From Macrostomum hystrix (Eukaryota > Animalia > Platyhelminthes), in assembly GCA_950097015.1 (NCBI GenBank), contig CATNEN010000038.1, positions 31,558,001-31,622,000 of the forward strand: a stretch of DNA of 64,000 nt, given 5' to 3'. Position numbers and translations under genes: made by a program. The stretch's first letter is position 1, and every line of letters starts with the position of its first letter. This document shows, piece by piece, positions 50,636 to 64,000 of this stretch. The notes beneath the pieces are model-generated. The model made no database searches. It was not told the DNA's origin and saw only the letters and a list, made by a program, of their open reading frames with translations.

Positions 50636-50941
50636 AGATCCTTCTAGATCCTTCTAGATCCTACTAGATCCATCTAAATCCATCTAGATCCTTCTAGATT
50701 CTTCTAGATCCTTCTAGATCCTTCTAGATCCTTCTAGATCCTTCTAGATCCATCTAAATCCTTCTAGATTCTTCTAGATCCATCTAGATCCTACTAGATC
50801 CTACTAGATCCTACTAGATCCTTCTAGATCCATCTAAATCCTTCTAGATCCTTCTAGATCCATCTAAATCCTTCTAGATTCTTCTAGATCCATCTAGATC
50901 CTACTAGATCCTACTAGATCCTTCTAGATCATTCTAGATCC
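50636..50941. repeat. Intronic 10-bp repeat (CTTCTAGATC)n
   Basis: About 30 units. Confidence 0.95.
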
Positions 50942-51385
50942 GCCAAAAAACTACGTACCTTTTTCCTACTCTACTGAGCATAGCATTATTCCACCATTTC
51001 AATAATTGGTCGCATGCATCCCACTTGTGTTCGCGTGCTCGTCTTAGCTACAGTTTCTGTAGTCAATTCCAAACTGATTTCTATGCAGTCGTTGGATCGT
51101 TAGAAAGCTGTTTCGGTTGTTACACCTGTGCTCGGATGTGTTAATAATTTAGCTAGTAGAGAAAAAGAAGAAACAATTAGAGAAAGATTGGAGAAAGCAA
51201 AACGCAGAGATTTAAGTAGACTTGTTAAACTATCAGTCGTTCTACTCTGTACTCCAATTGGGACATTATCAATCTATGCTCAAACTATCTATTTATTATT
51301 TATTACTTTAAGCGTCTCGTAAATGACGTTTTCTAAACCAAGTAGCTTCGATTAATTCTTGGCAATCTTTGACTATTCCGCCCAG

Positions 51386-51478
51386 ATTATTGGACAAACT
51401 TCTTGTTGTCTGTCCAAATGCCGACTATTGTGAAGATGTACTACCGCGTTGCGATTTAGAATCTCACCTGCTTCACAG
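51386..51478 (+). CDS. LNX2: LNX1/2-like exon: post-RING Zn finger
   Basis: (K)[30 protein letters not shown](R), like LNX2 LLDKLLVLCP..C..V..RCDLEAHL; AG/GT and phases consistent. Confidence 0.92.
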
Positions 51479-51540
51479 GTATGACTGCTTTTTATTTATT
51501 ATTATTTTATTATTTACCAAATTATATTATATTGTTCTCT

Positions 51541-51853
51541 TATAATAATCCTTAGACCATGGGTCTTGAATATCCCGCAGCCAGCGAGGGTGCAATTCTT
51601 CCCATTTCGCAGGCTCCTGTGCACACACGCCACAAGTTTGTACATCTGCCCTGACTTTCTCATCGTCATCGTCAGGCAGTGTACACTTTCACTGTGCCTT
51701 GGAGGTTGGTCCTCAAGTGCTAGAATTGCGCGACAAGCCCCCCCCAGCCTTCTCTGTGTCCCAAATGAATGTGGCCTCGCCGCGGAATCGAGCTCACGGA
51801 CCTTTGGTGCGAGAGGCAAACGCGTTAGCCGCTCTGCCACTCACCCCTCCCCC
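51541..51853 (-). mobile_element. tRNA-derived SINE
   Basis: A box TGGCAGAGCGG, B-box-like GAGCTCGATTCC, ~250-bp body, AT-rich tail. Confidence 0.75.
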
Positions 51854-51951
51854 TGAACAGAAGTTTTTAATCTTTACCAAACATACATTATTATTCTTAT
51901 TAAGATCCAAAATTTAAATGATTTGATTCCCAAATCCCAATATTTTGCCAG

Positions 51952-52103
51952 GTGTCGCGGCGCTGTCACACGTTGCGCTCAGGCGCACCTGGGCTGCAAT
52001 TTTCACGGCCCCAGGTCGGCCCTGCACAGTCACCTGTTGTGGGAGTGTGCCTATCGCACCGAGGGAGAAATGCCATTGTTGCCAACCGATACAGAGCAGT
52101 CAT
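51952..52103 (+). CDS. LNX2: LNX1/2-like exon: TRAF-type Zn finger
   Basis: CRGAVTRCAQAHLGCNFHGPRSALHSHLLWECAY; CCAG acceptor, GTGAGT donor (phase 1). Confidence 0.85.
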
Positions 52104-52200
52104 GTGAGTTGGATTGTTTTAGTTAAATAAAAATTCTGCTTCCAATAGTAAAACGGGCGTTTATAATAATAGCTTGGCATTCCTATTGTTAAATCATCAG

Positions 52201-52334
52201 ACAACTGGACAACAAGACAGCAACAGCAGCAGCAGCAGCCGGCCGTAGTCAGTGGCGAGGTTTCTACCATAGAACTGGACCGGGGTAGGCTCGACTTGGG
52301 CATCAGTTTTGTTGGCGGCAGCGATACTCCGCTG
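52201..52334 (+). CDS. LNX2: LNX1/2-like exon: start of PDZ1
   Basis: GEVSTIELDRGRLDLGISFVGGSDTPL, like LNX GEITTIEI.R..LGISIVGGNETPL; donor GTGAGT 52335; gene continues beyond the window. Confidence 0.85.
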
Positions 52335-52794
52335 GTGAGTGTACTCACAGTTTTGTGTGACTCATTACAAATTTTGGTCGCTGTGTCTGCCTCTCACTGT
52401 GCTTGTTAAATTTGCTAGTTATGCAACACCTACTATAGATACGTAGCGGCGAAAATTAATGGCTCTCTACGTTTTTTTCACCTTTTCATCGCTAATTAGA
52501 CCGATTATCGAGCGCTTGTTCTTTACCACACTGTTGACCACCCCCTCATCTCTCTTCCGCTCATATTACCTATCTGATTTCTCTCTCTCTCTCCCTCTCT
52601 CTCCCTCTCTCTCTTTCTCTGAAGTGTACCGCCTGTACAGCATCTCCTCCTTTTTATCTTTATTATCTAATTTCTAATTTGAGGTGGTCATATTTTGCGA
52701 AACGTCCTAAATCTGGCGATCAAACTGTATTACTGTATCAAATCCTCAGAATAAGCCGCCACGCCAGGTTGACAAATCTTCAATTTCTACGAGC

Positions 52795-55700
52795 CTCAAA
52801 TTTAACACCCAAATCCCTCAGATCCTCAAATCAAAACCGAAAATCCCTCAGATCCTCAAATCGAACCCGAAAATCCCTCAGATCCTCAAATCGAACCCGA
52901 AAATCACTCAGATCCTCAAATCGAACCCGAAAATCCCTCAGATCCTCAAATCGAACCCGAAAACCACTCAGATCCTCAAATCAAAACCGAAAATCCCTCA
53001 GACCCTCAAATCGAACTTGAAAATCCCTCAGATACTCAAATCGAACACACAAATCCCTCAGATCCTCAAATCGAACACACAAATCCCTCAGATCCTCAAA
53101 TCGAAACCGAAAATCCCTCAGATCCTCAAATCGAACCCGAAAATCACTCAGATCCTCAAATCGAAACCGAAAATCCCTCAGACCCTCAAATCGAACACAC
53201 AAATCCCTCAGATCCTCAAATCAAACACACAAATCCCTCAGATCCTCAAATCGAACACACAAATCCCTCAGATCCTCAAATCGAAACCGAAAATCCCTCA
53301 GATCCTCAAATCGAACTTGAAAATCCCTCAGATCCTCAAATCGAAACCGAAAATCCCTCAGATCCTCAAATCAAACACACAAATCCCTCAGATACTCAAA
53401 TCGAACTTGAAAATCCCTCAGATCCTCAAATCGAACTTGAAAAACCCTCAGATCCTCAAATCGAACTTGAAAAACCCTCAGATCCTCAAATCGAACTTGA
53501 AAATCTCTCAGATCCTCAAATCGAACTTGGAAATCCCTCAGATCCTCAAATCAAACACACAAATCCCTCAGATCCTCAAATCAAACACAAATCCCTCAGA
53601 TCCTCAAATCAAATACACAAATCCCTCAGACCCTCAAATCAAACACACAAATCCGTCAGATCCTCAAATCAAATACAAATCCCTCAGATCCTCAAATCAA
53701 ATACAAATCCCTCAGACCCTCAAATCAAACACAAATCCCTCAGACCCCATATGGGACACTCGAATCCCAAATCATTCAGATCCTCAAATCAAACACACAA
53801 ATCCCTCAGACCCTCAAATCAAACACACAAATCCCTCAGACCCTCAAATCAAATACAAATCCCTCAGACCCTCAAATCAAATACAAATCCCTCAGACCCT
53901 CAAATCAAACACACAAATCCCTCAGATCCTCAAATCAAACACACAAATCCCTCAGACCCTCAAATCAAATACAAATCCCTCAGACCCTCAAATCAAACAC
54001 ACAAATCCCTCAGACCCTCAAATCAAACACACAAATCCCTCAGATCCTCAAATCAAATACACAAATCCCTCAGATCCTCAAATCAAACACACAAATCCCT
54101 CAGACCCTCAAATCAAACACACAAATCCCTCAGATCCTCAAATCAAACACACAAATCCCTCAGACCCTCAAATCAAACACACAAATCCCTCAGACCCTCA
54201 AATCAAACACACAAATCCCTCAGACCCTCAAATCAAACACAAATCCCTCAGACCCTCAAATCAAACACACAAATCCCTCAGACCCTCAAATCAAACACAC
54301 AAATCCCTCAGACCCTCAAATCAAACACACAAATCCCTCAGACCCTCAAATCAAACACACAAATCCCTCAGACCCTCAAATCAAACACACAAATCCCTCA
54401 GACCCTCAAATCAAACACACAAATCCCTCAGATCCTCAAATCAAACACACAAATCCCTCAGATCCTCAAATCAAATACACAAATCCCTCAGACCCTCAAA
54501 TCAAATACACAAATCCCTCAGATCCTCAAATCAAACACACAAATCCCTCAGACCCTCAAATCAAACACACAAATCCCTCAGACCCTCAAATCAAACACAC
54601 AAATCCCTCAGACCCTCAAATCAAACACAAATCCCTCAGACCCTCAAATCAAACACACAAATCCCTCAGATCCTCAAATCGAAACCGAAAATCCCTCAGA
54701 TCCTCAAATCGAAACCGAAAATCCCTCAGATCCTCAAATCGAAACCGAAAATCCCTCAGATCCTCAAATCAAAACCGAAAATCACTCAGATCCTCAAATC
54801 GAACCCGAAAATCACTCAGATCCTCAAATCAAACCCGAAAATCCCTCAGATCCTCAAATCGAACCCGAAAATCCCTCAGATCCTCAAATTGAACCCGAAA
54901 ACCACTCAGATCCTCAAATCAAAACCGAAAATCCCTCAGACCCTCAAATCGAACTTGAAAATCCCTCAGATACTCAAATCGAACACACAAATCCCTCAGA
55001 TCCTCAAATCGAACACACAAATCCCTCAGATCCTCAAATCGAAACCGAAAATCCCTCAGATCCTCAAATCGAACCCGAAAATCACTCAGATCCTCAAATC
55101 GAAACCGAAAATCCCTCAGACCCTCAAATCGAACACACAAATCCCTCAGATCCTCAAATCAAACACACAAATCCCTCAGATCCTCAAATCGAACACACAA
55201 ATCCCTCAGATCCTCAAATCGAAACCGAAAATCCCTCAGATCCTCAAATCGAACTTGAAAATCCCTCAGATCCTCAAATCGAAACCGAAAATCCCTCAGA
55301 TCCTCAAATCAAACACACAAATCCCTCAGATACTCAAATCGAACTTGAAAATCCCTCAGATCCTCAAATCGAACTTGAAAAACCCTCAGATCCTCAAATC
55401 GAACTTGAAAAACCCTCAGATCCTCAAATCGAACTTGAAAATCTCTCAGATCCTCAAATCGAACTTGGAAATCACTCAGATCCTCAAATCAAACCCGAAA
55501 ATCCCTCAGATCCTCAAATCGAACCCGAAAATCCCTCAGATCCTCAAATCGAACCCGAAAACCACTCAGATCCTCAAATCAAAACCGAAAATCCCTCAGA
55601 CCCTCAAATCGAACTTGAAAATCCCTCAGATACTCAAATCGAACACACAAATCCCTCAGATCCTCAAATCGAACACACAAATCCCTCAGATCCTCAAATC

Positions 55701-58700
55701 GAAACCGAAAATCCCTCAGATCCTCAAATCGAACCCGAAAATCACTCAGATCCTCAAATCGAAACCGAAAATCCCTCAGACCCTCAAATCGAACACACAA
55801 ATCCCTCAGATCCTCAAATCAAACACACAAATCCCTCAGATCCTCAAATCGAACACACAAATCCCTCAGATCCTCAAATCGAAACCGAAAATCCCTCAGA
55901 TCCTCAAATCGAACTTGAAAATCCCTCAGATCCTCAAATCGAAACCGAAAATCCCTCAGATCCTCAAATCAAACACACAAATCCCTCAGATACTCAAATC
56001 GAACTTGAAAATCCCTCAGATCCTCAAATCGAACTTGAAAAACCCTCAGATCCTCAAATCGAACTTGAAAAACCCTCAGATCCTCAAATCGAACTTGAAA
56101 ATCTCTCAGATCCTCAAATCGAACTTGGAAATCCCTCAGATCCTCAAATCAAACACACAAATCCCTCAGATCCTCAAATCAAACACAAATCCCTCAGATC
56201 CTCAAATCAAATACACAAATCCCTCAGACCCTCAAATCAAACACACAAATCCGTCAGATCCTCAAATCAAATACAAATCCCTCAGATCCTCAAATCAAAT
56301 ACAAATCCCTCAGACCCTCAAATCAAACACAAATCCCTCAGACCCCATATGGGACACTCGAATCCCAAATCATTCAGATCCTCAAATCAAACACACAAAT
56401 CCCTCAGACCCTCAAATCAAACACACAAATCCCTCAGACCCTCAAATCAAATACAAATCCCTCAGACCCTCAAATCAAATACAAATCCCTCAGACCCTCA
56501 AATCAAACACACAAATCCCTCAGATCCTCAAATCAAACACACAAATCCCTCAGACCCTCAAATCAAATACAAATCCCTCAGACCCTCAAATCAAACACAC
56601 AAATCCCTCAGACCCTCAAATCAAACACACAAATCCCTCAGATCCTCAAATCAAATACACAAATCCCTCAGATCCTCAAATCAAACACACAAATCCCTCA
56701 GACCCTCAAATCAAACACACAAATCCCTCAGATCCTCAAATCAAACACACAAATCCCTCAGACCCTCAAATCAAACACACAAATCCCTCAGACCCTCAAA
56801 TCAAACACACAAATCCCTCAGACCCTCAAATCAAACACAAATCCCTCAGACCCTCAAATCAAACACACAAATCCCTCAGACCCTCAAATCAAACACACAA
56901 ATCCCTCAGACCCTCAAATCAAACACACAAATCCCTCAGACCCTCAAATCAAACACACAAATCCCTCAGACCCTCAAATCAAACACACAAATCCCTCAGA
57001 CCCTCAAATCAAACACACAAATCCCTCAGATCCTCAAATCAAATACACAAATCCCTCAGATCCTCAAATCAAATACACAAATCCCTCAGACCCTCAAATC
57101 AAATACACAAATCCCTCAGATCCTCAAATCAAACACACAAATCCCTCAGACCCTCAAATCAAACACACAAATCCCTCAGACCCTCAAATCAAACACACAA
57201 ATCCCTCAGACCCTCAAATCAAACACAAATCCCTCAGACCCTCAAATCAAACACACAAATCCCTCAGATCCTCAAATCGAAACCGAAAATCCCTCAGATC
57301 CTCAAATCGAACTTGAAAATCCCTCAGATCCTCAAATCGAAACCGAAAATCCCTCAGATCCTCAAATCAAAACCGAAAATCACTCAGATCCTCAAATCGA
57401 ACCCGAAAATCACTCAGATCCTCAAATCAAACCCGAAAATCCCTCAGATCCTCAAATCGAACCCGAAAATCCCTCAGATCCTCAAATTGAACCCGAAAAC
57501 CACTCAGATCCTCAAATCAAAACCGAAAATCCCTCAGACCCTCAAATCGAACTTGAAAATCCCTCAGATACTCAAATCGAACACACAAATCCCTCAGATC
57601 CTCAAATCGAACACACAAATCCCTCAGATCCTCAAATCGAAACCGAAAATCCCTCAGATCCTCAAATCGAACCCGAAAATCACTCAGATCCTCAAATCGA
57701 AACCGAAAATCCCTCAGACCCTCAAATCGAACACACAAATCCCTCAGATCCTCAAATCAAACACACAAATCCCTCAGATCCTCAAATCGAACACACAAAT
57801 CCCTCAGATCCTCAAATCGAAACCGAAAATCCCTCAGATCCTCAAATCGAACTTGAAAATCCCTCAGATCCTCAAATCGAAACCGAAAATCCCTCAGATC
57901 CTCAAATCAAACACACAAATCCCTCAGATACTCAAATCGAACTTGAAAATCCCTCAGATCCTCAAATCGAACTTGAAAAACCCTCAGATCCTCAAATCGA
58001 ACTTGAAAAACCCTCAGATCCTCAAATCGAACTTGAAAATCTCTCAGATCCTCAAATCGAACTTGGAAATCACTCAGATCCTCAAATCAAACCCGAAAAT
58101 CCCTCAGATCCTCAAATCGAACCCGAAAATCCCTCAGATCCTCAAATCGAACCCGAAAACCACTCAGATCCTCAAATCAAAACCGAAAATCCCTCAGACC
58201 CTCAAATCGAACTTGAAAATCCCTCAGATACTCAAATCGAACACACAAATCCCTCAGATCCTCAAATCGAACACACAAATCCCTCAGATCCTCAAATCGA
58301 AACCGAAAATCCCTCAGATCCTCAAATCGAACCCGAAAATCACTCAGATCCTCAAATCGAAACCGAAAATCCCTCAGACCCTCAAATCGAACACACAAAT
58401 CCCTCAGATCCTCAAATCAAACACACAAATCCCTCAGATCCTCAAATCGAACACACAAATCCCTCAGATCCTCAAATCGAAACCGAAAATCCCTCAGATC
58501 CTCAAATCGAACTTGAAAATCCCTCAGATCCTCAAATCGAAACCGAAAATCCCTCAGATCCTCAAATCAAACACACAAATCCCTCAGATACTCAAATCGA
58601 ACTTGAAAATCCCTCAGATCCTCAAATCGAACTTGAAAAACCCTCAGATCCTCAAATCGAACTTGAAAAACCCTCAGATCCTCAAATCGAACTTGAAAAT

Positions 58701-61700
58701 CTCTCAGATCCTCAAATCGAACTTGGAAATCCCTCAGATCCTCAAATCAAACACACAAATCCCTCAGATCCTCAAATCAAACACAAATCCCTCAGATCCT
58801 CAAATCAAATACACAAATCCCTCAGACCCTCAAATCAAACACACAAATCCGTCAGATCCTCAAATCAAATACAAATCCCTCAGATCCTCAAATCAAATAC
58901 AAATCCCTCAGACCCTCAAATCAAACACAAATCCCTCAGACCCCATATGGGACACTCGAATCCCAAATCATTCAGATCCTCAAATCAAACACACAAATCC
59001 CTCAGACCCTCAAATCAAACACACAAATCCCTCAGACCCTCAAATCAAATACAAATCCCTCAGACCCTCAAATCAAATACAAATCCCTCAGACCCTCAAA
59101 TCAAACACACAAATCCCTCAGATCCTCAAATCAAACACACAAATCCCTCAGACCCTCAAATCAAATACAAATCCCTCAGACCCTCAAATCAAACACACAA
59201 ATCCCTCAGACCCTCAAATCAAACACACAAATCCCTCAGATCCTCAAATCAAATACACAAATCCCTCAGATCCTCAAATCAAACACACAAATCCCTCAGA
59301 CCCTCAAATCAAACACACAAATCCCTCAGATCCTCAAATCAAACACACAAATCCCTCAGACCCTCAAATCAAACACACAAATCCCTCAGACCCTCAAATC
59401 AAACACACAAATCCCTCAGACCCTCAAATCAAACACAAATCCCTCAGACCCTCAAATCAAACACACAAATCCCTCAGACCCTCAAATCAAACACACAAAT
59501 CCCTCAGACCCTCAAATCAAACACACAAATCCCTCAGACCCTCAAATCAAACACACAAATCCCTCAGACCCTCAAATCAAACACACAAATCCCTCAGACC
59601 CTCAAATCAAACACACAAATCCCTCAGATCCTCAAATCAAATACACAAATCCCTCAGATCCTCAAATCAAATACACAAATCCCTCAGACCCTCAAATCAA
59701 ATACACAAATCCCTCAGATCCTCAAATCAAACACACAAATCCCTCAGACCCTCAAATCAAACACACAAATCCCTCAGACCCTCAAATCAAACACACAAAT
59801 CCCTCAGACCCTCAAATCAAACACAAATCCCTCAGACCCTCAAATCAAACACACAAATCCCTCAGATCCTCAAATCGAAACCGAAAATCCCTCAGATCCT
59901 CAAATCGAACTTGAAAATCCCTCAGATCCTCAAATCGAAACCGAAAATCCCTCAGATCCTCAAATCAAAACCGAAAATCACTCAGATCCTCAAATCGAAC
60001 CCGAAAATCACTCAGATCCTCAAATCAAACCCGAAAATCCCTCAGATCCTCAAATCGAACCCGAAAATCCCTCAGATCCTCAAATTGAACCCGAAAACCA
60101 CTCAGATCCTCAAATCAAAACCGAAAATCCCTCAGACCCTCAAATCGAACTTGAAAATCCCTCAGATACTCAAATCGAACACACAAATCCCTCAGATCCT
60201 CAAATCGAACACACAAATCCCTCAGATCCTCAAATCGAAACCGAAAATCCCTCAGATCCTCAAATCGAACCCGAAAATCACTCAGATCCTCAAATCGAAA
60301 CCGAAAATCCCTCAGACCCTCAAATCGAACACACAAATCCCTCAGATCCTCAAATCAAACACACAAATCCCTCAGATCCTCAAATCGAACACACAAATCC
60401 CTCAGATCCTCAAATCGAAACCGAAAATCCCTCAGATCCTCAAATCGAACTTGAAAATCCCTCAGATCCTCAAATCGAAACCGAAAATCCCTCAGATCCT
60501 CAAATCAAACACACAAATCCCTCAGATACTCAAATCGAACTTGAAAATCCCTCAGATCCTCAAATCGAACTTGAAAAACCCTCAGATCCTCAAATCGAAC
60601 TTGAAAAACCCTCAGATCCTCAAATCGAACTTGAAAATCTCTCAGATCCTCAAATCGAACTTGGAAATCACTCAGATCCTCAAATCAAACCCGAAAATCC
60701 CTCAGATCCTCAAATCGAACCCGAAAATCCCTCAGATCCTCAAATCGAACCCGAAAACCACTCAGATCCTCAAATCAAAACCGAAAATCCCTCAGACCCT
60801 CAAATCGAACTTGAAAATCCCTCAGATACTCAAATCGAACACACAAATCCCTCAGATCCTCAAATCGAACACACAAATCCCTCAGATCCTCAAATCGAAA
60901 CCGAAAATCCCTCAGATCCTCAAATCGAACCCGAAAATCACTCAGATCCTCAAATCGAAACCGAAAATCCCTCAGACCCTCAAATCGAACACACAAATCC
61001 CTCAGATCCTCAAATCAAACACACAAATCCCTCAGATCCTCAAATCGAACACACAAATCCCTCAGATCCTCAAATCGAAACCGAAAATCCCTCAGATCCT
61101 CAAATCGAACTTGAAAATCCCTCAGATCCTCAAATCGAAACCGAAAATCCCTCAGATCCTCAAATCAAACACACAAATCCCTCAGATACTCAAATCGAAC
61201 TTGAAAATCCCTCAGATCCTCAAATCGAACTTGAAAAACCCTCAGATCCTCAAATCGAACTTGAAAAACCCTCAGATCCTCAAATCGAACTTGAAAATCT
61301 CTCAGATCCTCAAATCGAACTTGGAAATCCCTCAGATCCTCAAATCAAACACACAAATCCCTCAGATCCTCAAATCAAACACAAATCCCTCAGATCCTCA
61401 AATCAAATACACAAATCCCTCAGACCCTCAAATCAAACACACAAATCCGTCAGATCCTCAAATCAAATACAAATCCCTCAGATCCTCAAATCAAATACAA
61501 ATCCCTCAGACCCTCAAATCAAACACAAATCCCTCAGACCCCATATGGGACACTCGAATCCCAAATCATTCAGATCCTCAAATCAAACACACAAATCCCT
61601 CAGACCCTCAAATCAAACACACAAATCCCTCAGACCCTCAAATCAAATACAAATCCCTCAGACCCTCAAATCAAATACAAATCCCTCAGACCCTCAAATC

Positions 61701-64000
61701 AAACACACAAATCCCTCAGATCCTCAAATCAAACACACAAATCCCTCAGACCCTCAAATCAAATACAAATCCCTCAGACCCTCAAATCAAACACACAAAT
61801 CCCTCAGACCCTCAAATCAAACACACAAATCCCTCAGATCCTCAAATCAAATACACAAATCCCTCAGATCCTCAAATCAAACACACAAATCCCTCAGACC
61901 CTCAAATCAAACACACAAATCCCTCAGATCCTCAAATCAAACACACAAATCCCTCAGACCCTCAAATCAAACACACAAATCCCTCAGACCCTCAAATCAA
62001 ACACACAAATCCCTCAGACCCTCAAATCAAACACAAATCCCTCAGACCCTCAAATCAAACACACAAATCCCTCAGACCCTCAAATCAAACACACAAATCC
62101 CTCAGACCCTCAAATCAAACACACAAATCCCTCAGACCCTCAAATCAAACACACAAATCCCTCAGACCCTCAAATCAAACACACAAATCCCTCAGACCCT
62201 CAAATCAAACACACAAATCCCTCAGATCCTCAAATCAAATACACAAATCCCTCAGATCCTCAAATCAAATACACAAATCCCTCAGACCCTCAAATCAAAT
62301 ACACAAATCCCTCAGATCCTCAAATCAAACACACAAATCCCTCAGACCCTCAAATCAAACACACAAATCCCTCAGACCCTCAAATCAAACACACAAATCC
62401 CTCAGACCCTCAAATCAAACACAAATCCCTCAGACCCTCAAATCAAACACACAAATCCCTCAGATCCTCAAATCGAAACCGAAAATCCCTCAGATCCTCA
62501 AATCGAACTTGAAAATCCCTCAGATCCTCAAATCGAAACCGAAAATCCCTCAGATCCTCAAATCAAAACCGAAAATCACTCAGATCCTCAAATCAAAACC
62601 GAAAATCACTCAGATCCTCAAATCGAACCCGAAAATCACTCAGATCCTCAAATCAAACCCGAAAATCCCTCAGATCCTCAAATCGAACCCGAAAATCCCT
62701 CAGATCCTCAAATTGAACCCGAAAACCACTCAGATCCTCAAATCAAAACCGAAAATCCCTCAGACCCTCAAATCGAACTTGAAAATCCCTCAGATACTCA
62801 AATCGAACACACAAATCCCTCAGATCCTCAAATCGAACACACAAATCCCTCAGATCCTCAAATCGAAACCGAAAATCCCTCAGATCCTCAAATCGAACCC
62901 GAAAATCACTCAGATCCTCAAATCGAAACCGAAAATCCCTCAGACCCTCAAATCGAACACACAAATCCCTCAGATCCTCAAATCAAACACACAAATCCCT
63001 CAGATCCTCAAATCGAACACACAAATCCCTCAGATCCTCAAATCGAAACCGAAAATCCCTCAGATCCTCAAATCGAACTTGAAAATCCCTCAGATCCTCA
63101 AATCGAAACCGAAAATCCCTCAGATCCTCAAATCAAACACACAAATCCCTCAGATACTCAAATCGAACTTGAAAATCCCTCAGATCCTCAAATCGAACTT
63201 GAAAAACCCTCAGATCCTCAAATCGAACTTGAAAAACCCTCAGATCCTCAAATCGAACTTGAAAATCTCTCAGATCCTCAAATCGAACTTGGAAATCACT
63301 CAGATCCTCAAATCAAACCCGAAAATCCCTCAGATCCTCAAATCGAACCCGAAAATCCCTCAGATCCTCAAATCGAACCCGAAAACCACTCAGATCCTCA
63401 AATCAAAACCGAAAATCCCTCAGACCCTCAAATCGAACTTGAAAATCCCTCAGATACTCAAATCGAACACACAAATCCCTCAGATCCTCAAATCGAACAC
63501 ACAAATCCCTCAGATCCTCAAATCGAAACCGAAAATCCCTCAGATCCTCAAATCGAACCCGAAAATCACTCAGATCCTCAAATCGAAACCGAAAATCCCT
63601 CAGACCCTCAAATCGAACACACAAATCCCTCAGATCCTCAAATCAAACACACAAATCCCTCAGATCCTCAAATCGAACACACAAATCCCTCAGATCCTCA
63701 AATCGAAACCGAAAATCCCTCAGATCCTCAAATCAAACCCGAAAATCCCTCAGATCCTCAAATCGAAACCGAAAATCCCTCAGATCCTCAAATCAAACAC
63801 ACAAATCCCTCAGATACTCAAATCGAACTTGAAAATCCCTCAGATCCTCAAATCGAACTTGAAAAACCCTCAGATCCTCAAATCGAACTTGAAAAACCCT
63901 CAGATCCTCAAATCGAACTTGAAAATCTCTCAGATCCTCAAATCGAACTTGGAAATCCCTCAGATCCTCAAATCAAACACACAAATCCCTCAGATCCTCA
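52795..64000. repeat. 30-bp satellite (AAATCCCTCAGATCCTCAAATCGAACCCGA) with 2598-bp higher-order repeat
   Basis: Marker CATATGGGACACTCG at 53748, 56346, 58944, 61542; internal 660-bp sub-duplication. Confidence 0.97.

Noticed and set aside
51770-51853. Functional tRNA genes (also 45950-46001 and 31700-31770)
   Set aside because: No complete cloverleaf; they are attached to SINE or Helitron bodies.
52679-63624. Repeated 73-aa RFEDLRDF ORFs
   Set aside because: Translations of the 30-bp satellite; useful only as HOR markers.
11835-64000. CRISPR-like arrays
   Set aside because: The repeats are contiguous with no unique spacers, there are no cas genes, and the context is eukaryotic.

Overview
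Eukaryotic invertebrate genomic DNA. The GC-rich LINE debris, dense 10-30 bp minisatellites and CAG-rich exons fit a flatworm such as Macrostomum (inference only). (1) 1-29621 is an apparently identical 15,757-bp tandem duplication of a transposon graveyard. It holds a Gypsy RT/RNase H fragment, several I-group (RNase H-bearing) LINE fragments and a Mariner 5' half. It also holds a four-level nest in which every inserted layer keeps its TSD: LINE > Harbinger > RTE > solo LTR plus a 47-bp micro-MITE. (2) 26603-35134 is two head-to-tail non-autonomous Helitrons filled with 18-, 23- and 24-bp minisatellites. (3) 37667-43168 has four copies of a hAT-type MITE (TIR CATACATGCGCAAC, 8-bp TSDs). The largest copy carries a 28S rRNA fragment spanning the R2/I-PpoI site, a GC-rich cargo and a ~140-unit 21-bp array. 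(4) From ~44000 lies the 5' part of an LNX1/2-like RING-PDZ E3 ligase gene: six exons reconstructed in phase, plus a candidate RING-skipping alternative first exon. Its introns contain minisatellites, SINEs and, from ~52800, a 30-bp satellite with a 2598-bp higher-order repeat. There is no CRISPR or prokaryotic system, and the very long repeat ORFs are by-products of the arrays.
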